Of a stretch of 64,000 nucleotides of DNA, positions 51,480 to 61,344 are shown piece after piece; position 1 is the first letter of the stretch, and every line of letters starts with the position of its first letter. The position numbers and the translations under genes are program-made. The notes under the pieces are model-generated. The model saw nothing but the letters and a program-made list of their open reading frames with translations, was not told the origin of the DNA and did not search any database. This stretch comes from an uncultured candidatus Porisulfidus sp. (GTDB lineage Bacteria > Pseudomonadota > Gammaproteobacteria > Poriferisulfidales > Oxydemutatoraceae): assembly GCA_965215125.1 (NCBI GenBank), contig OZ244052.1:800001-864000 (forward strand). Reading direction: 5' to 3'.

Positions 51480-53156
51480 CTAACGAGTATGCGCTTCGAG
51501 CATCTGTTGGGCGTGGGCTAACGATTGCTTGCTGATTTTCGTACCTGCTAGCATTCGCGCAAGTTCTTGCAATCTAGGTTGTTTGTCTAGTTTGCTCAGT
51601 GATACCGATGTGGTTTTGTCTTTGGTGTTTTTCTGCACATAAAAGTGATGGTCTGCTTGACTTGCGATTTGAGCTAGATGGGTAATGCAAAATACTTGCG
51701 CTTGTGAGGATAACTTTCTCAGCAGACGACCGACAATTTCTGCAGTAGCACCGCCGACCCCGCTATCCACCTCATCGAATATCAGCACCGGTATCATGCG
51801 CTGATTAGAAAGCGCAACCTGCAGTGCCAAGCTGATACGGGATCGCTCTCCACCCGATGCAGCTTTTGCTAAGCTCTGCAGTTTTTGTCCGGGATTGGCA
51901 CACAGCATATATTCAATGCGCTCGGTACCGTTCGGTGAAGGGTCGGAGGAATCCAAGGCACTAAAGTTTATTTTGAATTGTGCTTGCGGCATATTCAGTT
52001 GTTTTAGCAACTCCAGTACTTCTTTTTCCAGTATTTGTGCAGATTCCCTTCGGGTGTGGCCCACCTTGCCGGCAATTTTTTTATAATCCTCTTCCAGTGC
52101 CGATTTTTTGCTCCGGAGTTGCTCTATACTTTGTTCGGGATTATCCAATGCCTTTAACTCGGCGCGTGTTTGTTCCAATTTCTCGGGTAATAGATCGGCG
52201 CGTGTTTTATATTTGCGGGCAAGTTCGGTCAAAGTGGCAAGGCGTCTTTCCAATGCTTCAAAATCGCCTTGCGCCGTATCTATACGGTCTAGATATTGTC
52301 TGATTTCGTGTGCTGCGTTATTGCCATGTTCAAGGGCATTGCCAATCAATCCGGCAATTTCTCGTAAATTAGTATCTATGTCGCCTAAAGACTGAAGCTC
52401 CCTATGTGCAAGACCTAACAGCCGTATTGCGTTTTGATCGGATTCGGCATCCAAAGCACCGTATGCCGTAGAAAGTGCCTGTTTAATCTTTTCAGTTTGT
52501 GAAAGTACACGATGTTCTTGCTCTATTTGTTCAAACTCACCCGGCGTAATCTTTGCTTTTTCTAGTTCTTCGCATTGTAGTAGTAACCATTGGTGTTTGA
52601 TTTCCGTTTCTTGCGATTGTTGTTGTTTATGATTTAATTGATCGGCAATCGCTTTCCATTGCTGATAGATCGTTTGCATTTCCGCCAACTGCGGTTCATG
52701 GTTGCTATAAAGGTCTAATAAAGCCAAATGTCGCGAACGATCCAATAGCTGTTGCTGATTGTTTTGACCGACCACATCTATCAATAGTGTCGTGAATTCT
52801 CTTAGTTGTTCCAAAGTTGAAAGTACCCCGTTGATGAATGTCTGAGAACGACCGTCAACATTTATAACTCTCCTGATAATGCAGTCGTTACCCTCGCTTT
52901 CCATGCTTCGTTCTTTGAGCCATTGAGTTGCAATCGGCTGTTCGCTGAGCTCCACACCGATACTTACGGAGAGTTTGTCGGCACCGGGGCGCACCAGATG
53001 GCTTTGTGCGCGCCGACCCAAAGCGAGTTCCAACGCGTCTATCAGTATAGACTTGCCGGTGCCGGTTTCGCCGGTCAAAACCGTCATGCCACGTTCAAAA
53101 TAAACTTCTACCCGTTCTACGATTAAGAAATTCTCTATCGTTAATGCACTTAGCAT
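51480..53156 (-). CDS. recN: DNA repair protein RecN
   Basis: LTGETGTGKSILIDAL, coiled coil, ASGGERSRI and FDEVDSGVGG. Start set at ATG 53156. Confidence 0.97.
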   Translation of the reverse strand: MLSALTIENFLIVERVEVYFERGMTVLTGETGTGKSILIDALELALGRRAQSHLVRPGADKLSVSIGVELSEQPIATQWLKERSMESEGNDCIIRRVINVDGRSQTFINGVLSTLEQLREFTTLLIDVVGQNNQQQLLDRSRHLALLDLYSNHEPQLAEMQTIYQQWKAIADQLNHKQQQSQETEIKHQWLLLQCEELEKAKITPGEFEQIEQEHRVLSQTEKIKQALSTAYGALDAESDQNAIRLLGLAHRELQSLGDIDTNLREIAGLIGNALEHGNNAAHEIRQYLDRIDTAQGDFEALERRLATLTELARKYKTRADLLPEKLEQTRAELKALDNPEQSIEQLRSKKSALEEDYKKIAGKVGHTRRESAQILEKEVLELLKQLNMPQAQFKINFSALDSSDPSPNGTERIEYMLCANPGQKLQSLAKAASGGERSRISLALQVALSNQRMIPVLIFDEVDSGVGGATAEIVGRLLRKLSSQAQVFCITHLAQIASQADHHFYVQKNTKDKTTSVSLSKLDKQPRLQELARMLAGTKISKQSLAHAQQMLEAHTR

Positions 53157-53160
53157 CAAT

Positions 53161-54051
53161 CTAAGGTTTGACACTCCACATGAGCTTATTTCTAAGTGTG
53201 GTGAAATAGTCGTGCTCTAATGTTTGTATCAATTTTAGTTTATGGGGAAAGCGTCTGATGGCAATTTTATTACCGGTTTCAAGGTTGCGGGTTATTTGAC
53301 CGTCTATAGCCACGACCGCATCGCTGTGGTATCTTTCGGTTACCGAAACCTCTATAACCTTCCTTGAATCTATGACTAGTGGTCTTTGGCTTAGCGTATG
53401 CGGGCAGATAGGCACCCATAGTATCGCTTCCATAGTCGGTTCCAACAGCGGTCCGCCGTTTGCCAAAGCATAGGCGGTTGAACCTGTAGGTGTAGAAATA
53501 ATAAGTCCGTCGCCGTGTATGGTGTTTAGATAAACCCCGTCCACCTGCGTATCTAACTCAAGCATACGCACAGTATTTTTGTTGCGCATTGCAACATCGT
53601 TGCATGCGATAAAGTTCTCGGTACCGCCCTCACTACCGTGCAACATTACTTCGAGCATAATTCTTTCTTCCGTGCGATAGTCTCCTTCAAAGATAGCATC
53701 CAGTCGGCTGCGAAAATCATCCGGCGATATCTCTACGAGAAATCCCAATCTTCCCAAATTGATACCGACGATAGGAATATCGTACTCGCTACATAGGTGG
53801 CTCGCTTGTAATAAAGTACCGTCGCCACCTATAGAAAAAGCGAGTTCGCACTGTTGCCTGAATTCTTCGGTGGATACAAACCTTATGCCTTCTTTATCGG
53901 GCGCGATAGCTTTATCCTCTTCCCGTACGACGATAGAGTCAAAACGTTGCAACAGATAGTCGCTCAAGCGTTTTGCCACCGCTTGCGTTTTGCTACGCTC
54001 GCTATATTTCAGAATCAAACCGACACATTTAATATCTTTGATGTTTTTCAT
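53161..54051 (-). CDS. nadK: NAD kinase
   Basis: GGDGTLL, GINLGRLGFL and DGLIISTPTGSTAYAL..GGP. Confidence 0.97.
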   Translation of the reverse strand: MKNIKDIKCVGLILKYSERSKTQAVAKRLSDYLLQRFDSIVVREEDKAIAPDKEGIRFVSTEEFRQQCELAFSIGGDGTLLQASHLCSEYDIPIVGINLGRLGFLVEISPDDFRSRLDAIFEGDYRTEERIMLEVMLHGSEGGTENFIACNDVAMRNKNTVRMLELDTQVDGVYLNTIHGDGLIISTPTGSTAYALANGGPLLEPTMEAILWVPICPHTLSQRPLVIDSRKVIEVSVTERYHSDAVVAIDGQITRNLETGNKIAIRRFPHKLKLIQTLEHDYFTTLRNKLMWSVKP

Positions 54052-54119
54052 TCGTATACGGAGTAAGATGAATTAATGTTGCTTATTATAAAGGTATATC
54101 AACCTAAAGTAGAGGAGAA

Positions 54120-54278
54120 TAGAACGACACTGTACTTGTGCGGATACGCCACAACCACCCCATGGAAAGGTTTTACATTTTGTATATATGCTAGGGTTTT
54201 GCACAATGTCACGCCGATTGACCTACTGGCTCAATCGGCGGTTCTATTGCGCCTGCCATCCTTTCACAAGAGGGTAGT
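54120..54278. repeat. Modular repeat copy 5
   Basis: ACAACCACCCCATGGAAAGG..TTTACAT, then GCACAATGTCACGCCGATT..AATCGGCGGTTCTA-TTGCGCCTGCCA. Confidence 0.85.
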
Positions 54279-54394
54279 AACTCGCGCCATAGGACATTAA
54301 AAGCAACTGGTACCACAAAGTAGTATAAAATTGCTTTATTGATTTGTACGCACCACACCGAGAAACCGATACCCGTATTATTTACATAGCATAC

Positions 54395-55255
54395 ATGAAT
54401 ATCAGATTTACAAAAATGCACGGTTGCGGCAACGATTTTATGTTAATCAACCGTCGCGAATATTCTACCCTGTTTGCTTTGGATGAAGAATCCATTCGCC
54501 GATGGGCGGATCGCCGTACCGGCGTCGGTTTTGACCAACTATTAATAATAGATAATCCTTCGCAATCGGGTGTTGATTTTGATTATCGCGTCTACAATGC
54601 CGACGGTAGCGAATCGGCTCAATGTGGTAACGGCGCGCGGTGTGTAGCTCGCTTTGTTACCGAAAAGGGGCTGACCGATAAGAAAACGATACGGGTGCGC
54701 ACGGTAGAGCGCATCATAGAGATGGCTGTCCAGGATGATAATAACATCGCAGTTGATATGGGTGCGGTAGTATTTGACCCTGAGCGTATCCCGTTTAATC
54801 CTAGCGGGTTGGTTGCAGTCGGTGAACGGATAGAAGAGAAAATGTACACGGTTAAATCTCCCGCACTGGAAGTTTGCTTCGGAACTGTATCGTTCGGTAA
54901 TCCCCATGCGGTCATCAAAGTCGAGAATATAAACACAGTGCCGATCGCCGAGATAGGTGCGGCTTTACAAACACATCGCTGTTTTCCGACTAGCGTCAAT
55001 GTGTCTTTCGTGGAAGTACGAGATAATGTTTTGCATGCGCGGGTCTACGAGCGCGGCGCAGGTGAAACTCAATCATGCGGGAGCGGTGCTTGTGCGGTTG
55101 CAGTGATCGCTCGTATCCAAGGATGGATTCCTCAAACTATAGATTCGGTGCCGGTACGATTAACCGGAGGTTTGTTGAACATACGATTTGAGGAGAATAG
55201 AATTAAACTAGTAGGACCGGCGGAAGCGGTCTTTGAAGGTCGTATTAAGATATAG
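54395..55255 (+). CDS. dapF: Diaminopimelate epimerase
   Basis: FTKMHGCGNDF, CGNGARC, GNPHAV and ERGAGET.SCGSGACA. Start set at ATG 54395. Confidence 0.98.
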   Translation: MNIRFTKMHGCGNDFMLINRREYSTLFALDEESIRRWADRRTGVGFDQLLIIDNPSQSGVDFDYRVYNADGSESAQCGNGARCVARFVTEKGLTDKKTIRVRTVERIIEMAVQDDNNIAVDMGAVVFDPERIPFNPSGLVAVGERIEEKMYTVKSPALEVCFGTVSFGNPHAVIKVENINTVPIAEIGAALQTHRCFPTSVNVSFVEVRDNVLHARVYERGAGETQSCGSGACAVAVIARIQGWIPQTIDSVPVRLTGGLLNIRFEENRIKLVGPAEAVFEGRIKI

Positions 55256-55258
55256 TTT

Positions 55259-55981
55259 ATGGTAGCAAAGAATAAAACTACAAGTATAGACGAGCAACAG
55301 GTCATAGACTTCCTAACTCGGCATACTAATTTTTTCAACGAGTACCCCGAGTTATTGCTTAAACTATCATTGCCGTACAAAGACGGCAAGGTGTTATCTC
55401 TATCTCAAAAGCAAGCAGAGGTTTTAAGAATGGAAACTGCCTCAATGCGAAAAAAGTATTCCCAACTTGAGCAGGAAATCACGACACAAATAGATATCGT
55501 CAAGGAAAACGAAAGGCTTAGCATTTGTTTGCATCGTTTGTCGCTAAAATTACTCCATAAACGAGAAGTTGAAGCCATCGTCTCCGAGACGATAAAAACA
55601 TTGAGGGCACAATTTCCCTCCAATCAAATTATTATTAGCCTGTTACCGCCATACTCCGATTCATCTAAAACAGCACGTGCGCTCAATGCAAACGATCCGA
55701 TATTGAGGGCACTGCTTGCATCGGTATTTAAGATCAACAAACCGGACTGTGGTCCGTTCAACGGTGCGGTTCAAAAAGCATTATTCGGAAACTTTGCGCA
55801 GCGCATACGCTCGTCTATCGTAATGCCGCTGAGATTCCATAACCAAAAGTTGGGGCTTTTATTGTTCGGCAGTCCTCGCCTGAATGCTTATGTCCCCGGT
55901 CAAAGCACAATGCTATTGGTACAGTACGGTGAATTGATTGCAGCGGCTATCGCAGCTTGTGCAAAAACCCGAAAGGACTGA
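55259..55981 (+). CDS. DUF484 (YigA) family protein
   Basis: V..FL..H..FF...P.LL..L, SL...Q...LR and a GAF-like C-terminus. Lies between dapF and xerC. Confidence 0.85.
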   Translation: MVAKNKTTSIDEQQVIDFLTRHTNFFNEYPELLLKLSLPYKDGKVLSLSQKQAEVLRMETASMRKKYSQLEQEITTQIDIVKENERLSICLHRLSLKLLHKREVEAIVSETIKTLRAQFPSNQIIISLLPPYSDSSKTARALNANDPILRALLASVFKINKPDCGPFNGAVQKALFGNFAQRIRSSIVMPLRFHNQKLGLLLFGSPRLNAYVPGQSTMLLVQYGELIAAAIAACAKTRKD

Positions 55982-56910
55982 TGGGCCCTATTCAAGCGTG
56001 TGATCAGTTTCTTAACGCATTAAAAGCCGAACGAAACTATTCAAATCATACTATCGATAATTACCGTCGCGACATTCTACGCTTCCTGAAGTACATCTCG
56101 GAAATCGGAGCAGACTGGGGCAAACTGGAGGAAATACAGATATTAAACTATCTATCGTCGCGTCATACTTCCGGTATCAAAGGTAAAACACTCGCTCGAG
56201 AGTTATCGTCGCTGCGACACTTTTTTAGACATTGCATAGCGCAAGGCTACAACTGCAATTATCCGTTTGACGGAATTAAAGCACCCTTAGATCAAAAGAA
56301 GCTACCCAACACATTGAGTGTCGACCAAGTCTCGCAATTACTCGACCAAGGTCAAAGCGATTGCTCACCGTTGCTGATTAGAGATATAGCGATTATGGAA
56401 TTGATTTATTCATCGGGCTTGCGCTTGTCCGAACTGGTCTCGGTAGATTTGGGTAGCATTGATATGAGCAACCGGATGATCCGCGTGATGGGAAAAGGTA
56501 GTAAGGAGCGCGAGATACCGGTCGGCGTTCGTGCAATTAAAGCGATTGAAAGATGGCTAAAAATACGTCAAACGATAAGTTGTAGTGGCGAGAAAGCACT
56601 ATTTTTGAGTCGCAACGGAAAACGCCTGAGCGCGCGCAACGTGCAGTTGCGCCTCAAGCAATACGCTCAATCTCAAGGCATGCAGCAACATCTGCATCCC
56701 CACAAACTTCGCCATTCTTTCGCAACGCATATTCTTGAATCGTCCGGTGATTTGCGCGCCGTGCAAGAACTATTAGGACACGCCGATATCGGTACGACAC
56801 AAATATATACGCACTTAGATTTTCAGCACCTTGCGAAAATCTACGACCAAGCGCATCCTCGTGCGCGTAAACAACAGCGCAGTAAAGATAAAAAGAGCAA
56901 AGAACACTGA
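55981..56910 (+). CDS. xerC: Tyrosine recombinase XerC
   Basis: YSSGLRLSEL, GKGSKER, HPHKLRHSFATH.LESSGDLRAVQELLGH and TTQIYTH. Conserved dapF-DUF484 context. Confidence 0.96.
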   Translation: MGPIQACDQFLNALKAERNYSNHTIDNYRRDILRFLKYISEIGADWGKLEEIQILNYLSSRHTSGIKGKTLARELSSLRHFFRHCIAQGYNCNYPFDGIKAPLDQKKLPNTLSVDQVSQLLDQGQSDCSPLLIRDIAIMELIYSSGLRLSELVSVDLGSIDMSNRMIRVMGKGSKEREIPVGVRAIKAIERWLKIRQTISCSGEKALFLSRNGKRLSARNVQLRLKQYAQSQGMQQHLHPHKLRHSFATHILESSGDLRAVQELLGHADIGTTQIYTHLDFQHLAKIYDQAHPRARKQQRSKDKKSKEH

Positions 56911-56922
56911 AATCAAGTATAT

Positions 56923-57264
56923 CTACTTAGGTCTATAATCGGCGGAGGTTTCATTCACGGACACTCGCCTATGATCAAAAACCACATACTTTTCCTTGAT
57001 GACTTTCTTAAAATCATCCGATATGTTTTGCCAATCTAAAACATCTACTTTGAAAGGAAGATCCGATTCTTCAAAGTCAAATTTAAGTAAGTTCATAACC
57101 TGCAAAGGTATTTTGTTTTGTGAAACGATAGCCAAGTCAAGATCGGAACTATTATTCGCAGTCTGCTTTACGCGCGAACCGAAAACCCAAATCGTTGCAT
57201 CGGGAACATGCTTTTTAAGAATACGCCGAACAATTTTCTCGTGACGAGGTCGCAGGCTAATCAT
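56923..57264 (-). CDS. Minimal nucleotidyltransferase (MntA/HI0073-like antitoxin)
   Basis: FGSR........SDLDLAI (GSX10DXD) and LPFKVDVLD. Confidence 0.9.
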   Translation of the reverse strand: MISLRPRHEKIVRRILKKHVPDATIWVFGSRVKQTANNSSDLDLAIVSQNKIPLQVMNLLKFDFEESDLPFKVDVLDWQNISDDFKKVIKEKYVVFDHRRVSVNETSADYRPK

Positions 57265-57670
57265 TTAATTTCCGTTCCATTTGTTTGAGGACATATTGAA
57301 CCTCTTGCAGAAAATCATCGGTTGCGTAAAAAACTTGATCGGCAATGCTTAAATCGTAAGTATGGGAACTATTATCTCTATTATTTTTATAGACGAACCA
57401 TTTCTCGGCATCCGATAAAATCCCTACTTTTTGACCGTAACGAAAGATATCCCGAATAGGCATTTGATCGAAGTTTTCGTCGTAATATTCCTTTAAGTAG
57501 CGAACCAGCATTTTGCGCGCCATTTCATAGCTAATAACAAATGCCTGAATAGCCCCTCTTTTTAGTGAGCGCTCGTGTTTTTCGTCCGTCCCCTTATATT
57601 TGTTATAGATAGTCAGAGACTCTTCCAATGCTACGATAGTTTTCTTAAAACTACTTAAATCAAGTGCCAT
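57257..57670 (-). CDS. HEPN-domain protein (HI0074/HepT-like toxin)
   Basis: IQ.F..SYE...K, R...R.....G......W and RDNSSHTY (R-X4-H-X-Y). Overlaps the MNT gene. Confidence 0.88.
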   Translation of the reverse strand: MALDLSSFKKTIVALEESLTIYNKYKGTDEKHERSLKRGAIQAFVISYEMARKMLVRYLKEYYDENFDQMPIRDIFRYGQKVGILSDAEKWFVYKNNRDNSSHTYDLSIADQVFYATDDFLQEVQYVLKQMERKLND

Positions 57671-57805
57671 AGGTTCCCATTCAATAATTAGAGATTTCGG
57701 AAAATATTTTTGTTAAATAAAACGATTTCCCATATCCCACATATTTTACCATTCCTTTGATTCGTGATAATTCATGGATGTATTCTGTACCGACATAACG
57801 CTTTA

Positions 57806-57902
57806 AGGTTCTGCACAACGTCACACCAATAGACCTATCGGGCAGACATCATAATTGCCGATTGACCTACTGGTTCAATCGGCGGCTCTATACTGCCCCT
57901 AC
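57806..57902. repeat. Modular repeat copy 6 (arm A fragments nested with a GTAG REP)
   Basis: AGGTTCTGCACAACGTCAC.., then GGGCAGACAT-[GCCGATTGACCTACTGGTTCAATCGGCGGCTCTA]-CTGCCCCTAC. Confidence 0.78.
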
Positions 57903-57906
57903 AAAC

Positions 57907-59109
57907 TCAATCGGTGGTTCTCTTTTTTTCAATACCGGCAACCTTGTCATATCTAAGGGATTTTTTCCAGGCCTTATCCACTCTAGCTTTCCGTACAAGA
58001 TCTTTTTGAGGAATAGAAATATAATTTGAAATACTTTTATGATATCTGATTTTTCGGTTGTCCATAGAAACGATTTTTATTGCAGGATTAAAGAATCTAA
58101 TAGTGTCTATAAAAAAAGAACCCACAGTGTAAATCATTTTGACTTTTGCTAATGTCAAAATGTCAATCAAAGCATCTTGTCTTTGTTGATGCCCTGCATA
58201 CGGTTCATGGCGGTGTAGTGATCGCCTGTCCTTAGACCGTTTTATATCTCTGCTAATTACTCTACCGGAAAATGCTTCGTGTATTGCATCAACGAAATGT
58301 GTATTATCCGAACATGCATAGATCTGACAATGATCATCTATTACTTGTTTAAGATAATCAATATAGCTATCTATGCTAATTATTCTATTTTCGTCAATAA
58401 CATCGGTTTGACGATAATGTACTCCTATACACTCTTCTTTAATATTTGCATTACTCCATTGATCCGCTTGCTGTTGTATTTCCTGCTTGATAGATAGCTT
58501 TGAAATTATTTTATATCCGTATTCGCTGGAAATTTTAGACTTAGCGAATTCTTCCCATAGGCTAGGGTATATCTTTTCTCTATAACACAGATCCACCAGC
58601 GGTTTCTTTAATTTTGTAAAATTCTCCGGATGGTATGTTTTTGCATAATTCAAAACAGGATTTTCAAAGAAATTGCTACCACCGGTGATAAAAGTATCGG
58701 GGAAAGTAAACTTGACATTAATGCCTAGTTTTTCACACAACCAAGCTACTCCAATTATTCTAGGAAAATAACTTCCTAGCGCAGGACAATCTATTTTTAC
58801 ATAAGCATAATCGGCCAAAGAGGTTTTGCGGTGCGCAGTATATTGTTTGAAGAAATCTTTATATAAAAAATCATATGCTTTTTTGACGGGTTCATAATTA
58901 TATCTAAATTCAAACTCTATTTTTTCAGGGAATCCATTATTGAAACAAGCAAAAGGGTGTCGCATCAAAAACAAGGTGTTCCTAATCAATTGCCCATAGA
59001 ATCTTTTATATCTAGTATTGGAGCACTGCTCGGAAACACAGAAAAAAACATAGGCAATTATTATTCTAGCTTTAAGTATGTGAAAGTAATTAGTGACTTT
59101 AAAAAACAT
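57907..59109 (-). CDS. NodZ/GT23-like fucosyltransferase
   Basis: IGVHYRQTD (GDP-fucose H-x-R-x-x-D), IYACSDN and DALIDILTLAK...GS.F. AT-rich. ATG at 59109, with an alternative TTG at 59118. Confidence 0.75.
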   Translation of the reverse strand: MFFKVTNYFHILKARIIIAYVFFCVSEQCSNTRYKRFYGQLIRNTLFLMRHPFACFNNGFPEKIEFEFRYNYEPVKKAYDFLYKDFFKQYTAHRKTSLADYAYVKIDCPALGSYFPRIIGVAWLCEKLGINVKFTFPDTFITGGSNFFENPVLNYAKTYHPENFTKLKKPLVDLCYREKIYPSLWEEFAKSKISSEYGYKIISKLSIKQEIQQQADQWSNANIKEECIGVHYRQTDVIDENRIISIDSYIDYLKQVIDDHCQIYACSDNTHFVDAIHEAFSGRVISRDIKRSKDRRSLHRHEPYAGHQQRQDALIDILTLAKVKMIYTVGSFFIDTIRFFNPAIKIVSMDNRKIRYHKSISNYISIPQKDLVRKARVDKAWKKSLRYDKVAGIEKKRTTD

Positions 59110-59229
59110 TTTGTTCAATAGACCAATTTTTGATATAGCGTATATTTTACTATCTTAAGGTGAGACAACCAAGTGTGTGCCGATGCATTGCGCCAATACG
59201 GACATTGTGTTTGCCCATTGAGCAGACAT

Positions 59230-60045
59230 TCAACGCTGACAACGCGGACAATAAAAGGTTGAACGTTGTGCGATGCGGATTAGCCTTATGGGTGTTCCAC
59301 ACGATAGACAGGGTTCATCGGCTCGTTGATAGACATTGAGTGCTTGCTTGAAATAACCAGGTCGTCCGTCTTCGGCAACAAAATTACGCAGTGTGGTGCC
59401 GCCTTCTCTGATGGCGTTTTTTAATGTGACACGAACTGCCTCAACTATAGATCCATAACGAGTGCGTGAGATTCGCCCGGCAGCACGCACGGGATGTACA
59501 CAAGCCTTATAAAGAGCTTCGTTCGCATAGATATTACCGATGCCGACAACAATACGACTATCCATCAAAAAACTTTTAATAGCAAGTTTGCGCCCTTGTG
59601 ACATCCGATATAGATACTCACCGTTAAAGTCCGCACTCAACGGTTCGGGACCGAGGTCTCGCAACAACTTATGCTGCATCGGGTTTTTTGATGTCCACAA
59701 AATCAAACCGAACTTTCTAGGATCGCAAAAGCGTAGTATACGGCTATCATCCATGCCGATATCTACGTGGTCATGCGGACCTGCAGTGCATGTTTTATCA
59801 AGTATACGCAGACTACCCGACATACCTAAATGGTAAATCAGACAACCGAACTCAAACCTAATTAGCAGATATTTTGCGCGCCGCTCTATCGCCTTAATAC
59901 AAAGTCCGTTAATTCTTTGTTCTAGTCCTTTAGGTACCGGACAACGCAAACGCCTTTGACGTACGACGACCTTGCGTATACATCTGTCTATCAAGTGCAA
60001 TGACAAGCCACGCCGAACCGTTTCTACTTCGGGAAGTTCAGGCAT
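59230..60045 (-). CDS. mutM: Formamidopyrimidine-DNA glycosylase
   Basis: MPELPEVETV, HLGMSG, GIGNIYANE and a C-terminal zinc finger (CLSC..CPRCQ). Confidence 0.98.
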   Translation of the reverse strand: MPELPEVETVRRGLSLHLIDRCIRKVVVRQRRLRCPVPKGLEQRINGLCIKAIERRAKYLLIRFEFGCLIYHLGMSGSLRILDKTCTAGPHDHVDIGMDDSRILRFCDPRKFGLILWTSKNPMQHKLLRDLGPEPLSADFNGEYLYRMSQGRKLAIKSFLMDSRIVVGIGNIYANEALYKACVHPVRAAGRISRTRYGSIVEAVRVTLKNAIREGGTTLRNFVAEDGRPGYFKQALNVYQRADEPCLSCGTPIRLIRIAQRSTFYCPRCQR

Positions 60046-60983
60046 CACTCATTTATAGGGTCGGATATAGCCATAGCCTCTATTTCCAGGAGTAGTTCGG
60101 TGCGGCACATCTGTCCTTCGAACACCTGCAATTCAATATCCAAACCTAAATGTCTATCAATCAGTGTAGCGATGTCTGCCGATACGCGCTTGTCTACATA
60201 CAGTTTGATGTGTCGCAATCGTTCAATCGGCATTTTGCTATAACGATGTTCTGTTTTGGCTGCTTCGCTCAATAACGAGTTTAGATTATTTACTATCTCG
60301 TTTAATTGTGCGTCTGCATCACCCTCGTGCAAGCTCTCGTGGCCTACGATTGCAGCGGTGCCGGAGATATAAAGATGACTTTTGCCCCCCCATTGTTTTA
60401 GCGTTGCACGCGCAAACATAGGGGCTGGTTCTACATAGTGCTTGGGGTACATATACGGTAAAGTCTGACGAGGATTTTTGACGGCGATACCCGCTTTGCG
60501 AGCCGCAACAAAATAGACTACGCCGTAGTGTGCCCCCGTTCCGATCACGGTGGCAGCGCAATAAGAATCCTCTTTATGCAAGGAAAAAGCCTGCGCCCTT
60601 GCATCGCAAAACACTTGATAATCGGATGGTTCGGCAAGTTGTGGCAAATAGTGCCAAACCCTCAACAACGAATAATGTTCCGAGTTTAATAGTTGCACCA
60701 TATCTTTGTATGTTTCTCGCAAATCTTCGGCAATACGCTTTTGATCGAGTTCGGCATGCCCGAATAAAACGGCATCGTTGAAGGCATAAGATAATTTCCC
60801 GCGTTCTCCGAGATGAACCGGTTGGTCGGCATACCAATTCTCAAAAGGTTGTATTTGACACAAAGGCATCAAGTTTGTTTTTATGACATCTTCGGGTGCG
60901 TATGCTTTCAGGGCAATGCTGGCGAGACGGCATGGATGGTCGGATGACAATGGCTCTTTTTCAAGCCGTATATCAAAAGGCAT
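60045..60983 (-). CDS. FkbO/Hyg5/XanB2-type chorismatase-like protein
   Basis: LLRVWHY, Y..FC..RA.AF, AAT.IG, NPRQ...Y.YP..Y...P.FARA, ISGTAAIVGHES.H.GD...Q and CR.ELLLEIEA. Start placed at ATG 60983 because the upstream codons lie within a repeat. Confidence 0.82.
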   Translation of the reverse strand: MPFDIRLEKEPLSSDHPCRLASIALKAYAPEDVIKTNLMPLCQIQPFENWYADQPVHLGERGKLSYAFNDAVLFGHAELDQKRIAEDLRETYKDMVQLLNSEHYSLLRVWHYLPQLAEPSDYQVFCDARAQAFSLHKEDSYCAATVIGTGAHYGVVYFVAARKAGIAVKNPRQTLPYMYPKHYVEPAPMFARATLKQWGGKSHLYISGTAAIVGHESLHEGDADAQLNEIVNNLNSLLSEAAKTEHRYSKMPIERLRHIKLYVDKRVSADIATLIDRHLGLDIELQVFEGQMCRTELLLEIEAMAISDPINE

Positions 60984-60985
60984 TT

Positions 60986-61331
60986 GGGGCTGTTGAAAGT
61001 GTATTGGCATCGCAAAAATAGAATCGCCGATTAAGCCGGTAGGTCAATCGGCGTGACTTTGTGCAGAACCTCAACATGATTGCTAAATGCATGCATTACA
61101 AAATGTAATAGCTGCTTGCGCCACCCAATTACGCAAACCACCTGCGCCGTATGGTTTTGGTTTCCATAAATCGGGTGGATGTATAAATTGTTCAGATACG
61201 ACACAACCACCCCATGGAAAGGCTTTACATATTGTACTATGTACAAAGGTTCTGCACAAAGTGACACCACTTGTGCTACTGCAACAAGCGGTGGTTCTAT
61301 TGCGCCTGCCACCCCTCCACAGGAGGGGAAT
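60986..61331. repeat. Modular repeat copy 7 (most complete: GGCTGTTGAAA end, arm A, core, arm B, CCCCTCC module)
   Basis: GGGGCTGTTGAAA..GGCATCGCAAAAA-TAGAATCGCCGATT..ACTTTGTGCAGAACCT...AGGTTCTGCACAAAGT..GGTTCTA-TTGCGCCTGCCACCCCTCCACAGGAGGGGAAT. Confidence 0.88.
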
Positions 61332-61344
61332 TGACTCGTGCAAA

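Noticed and set aside
55981-56910. Tyrosine recombinase as a prophage or island integrase
   Set aside because: The motifs and the dapF-DUF484-xerC context identify it as chromosomal XerC.
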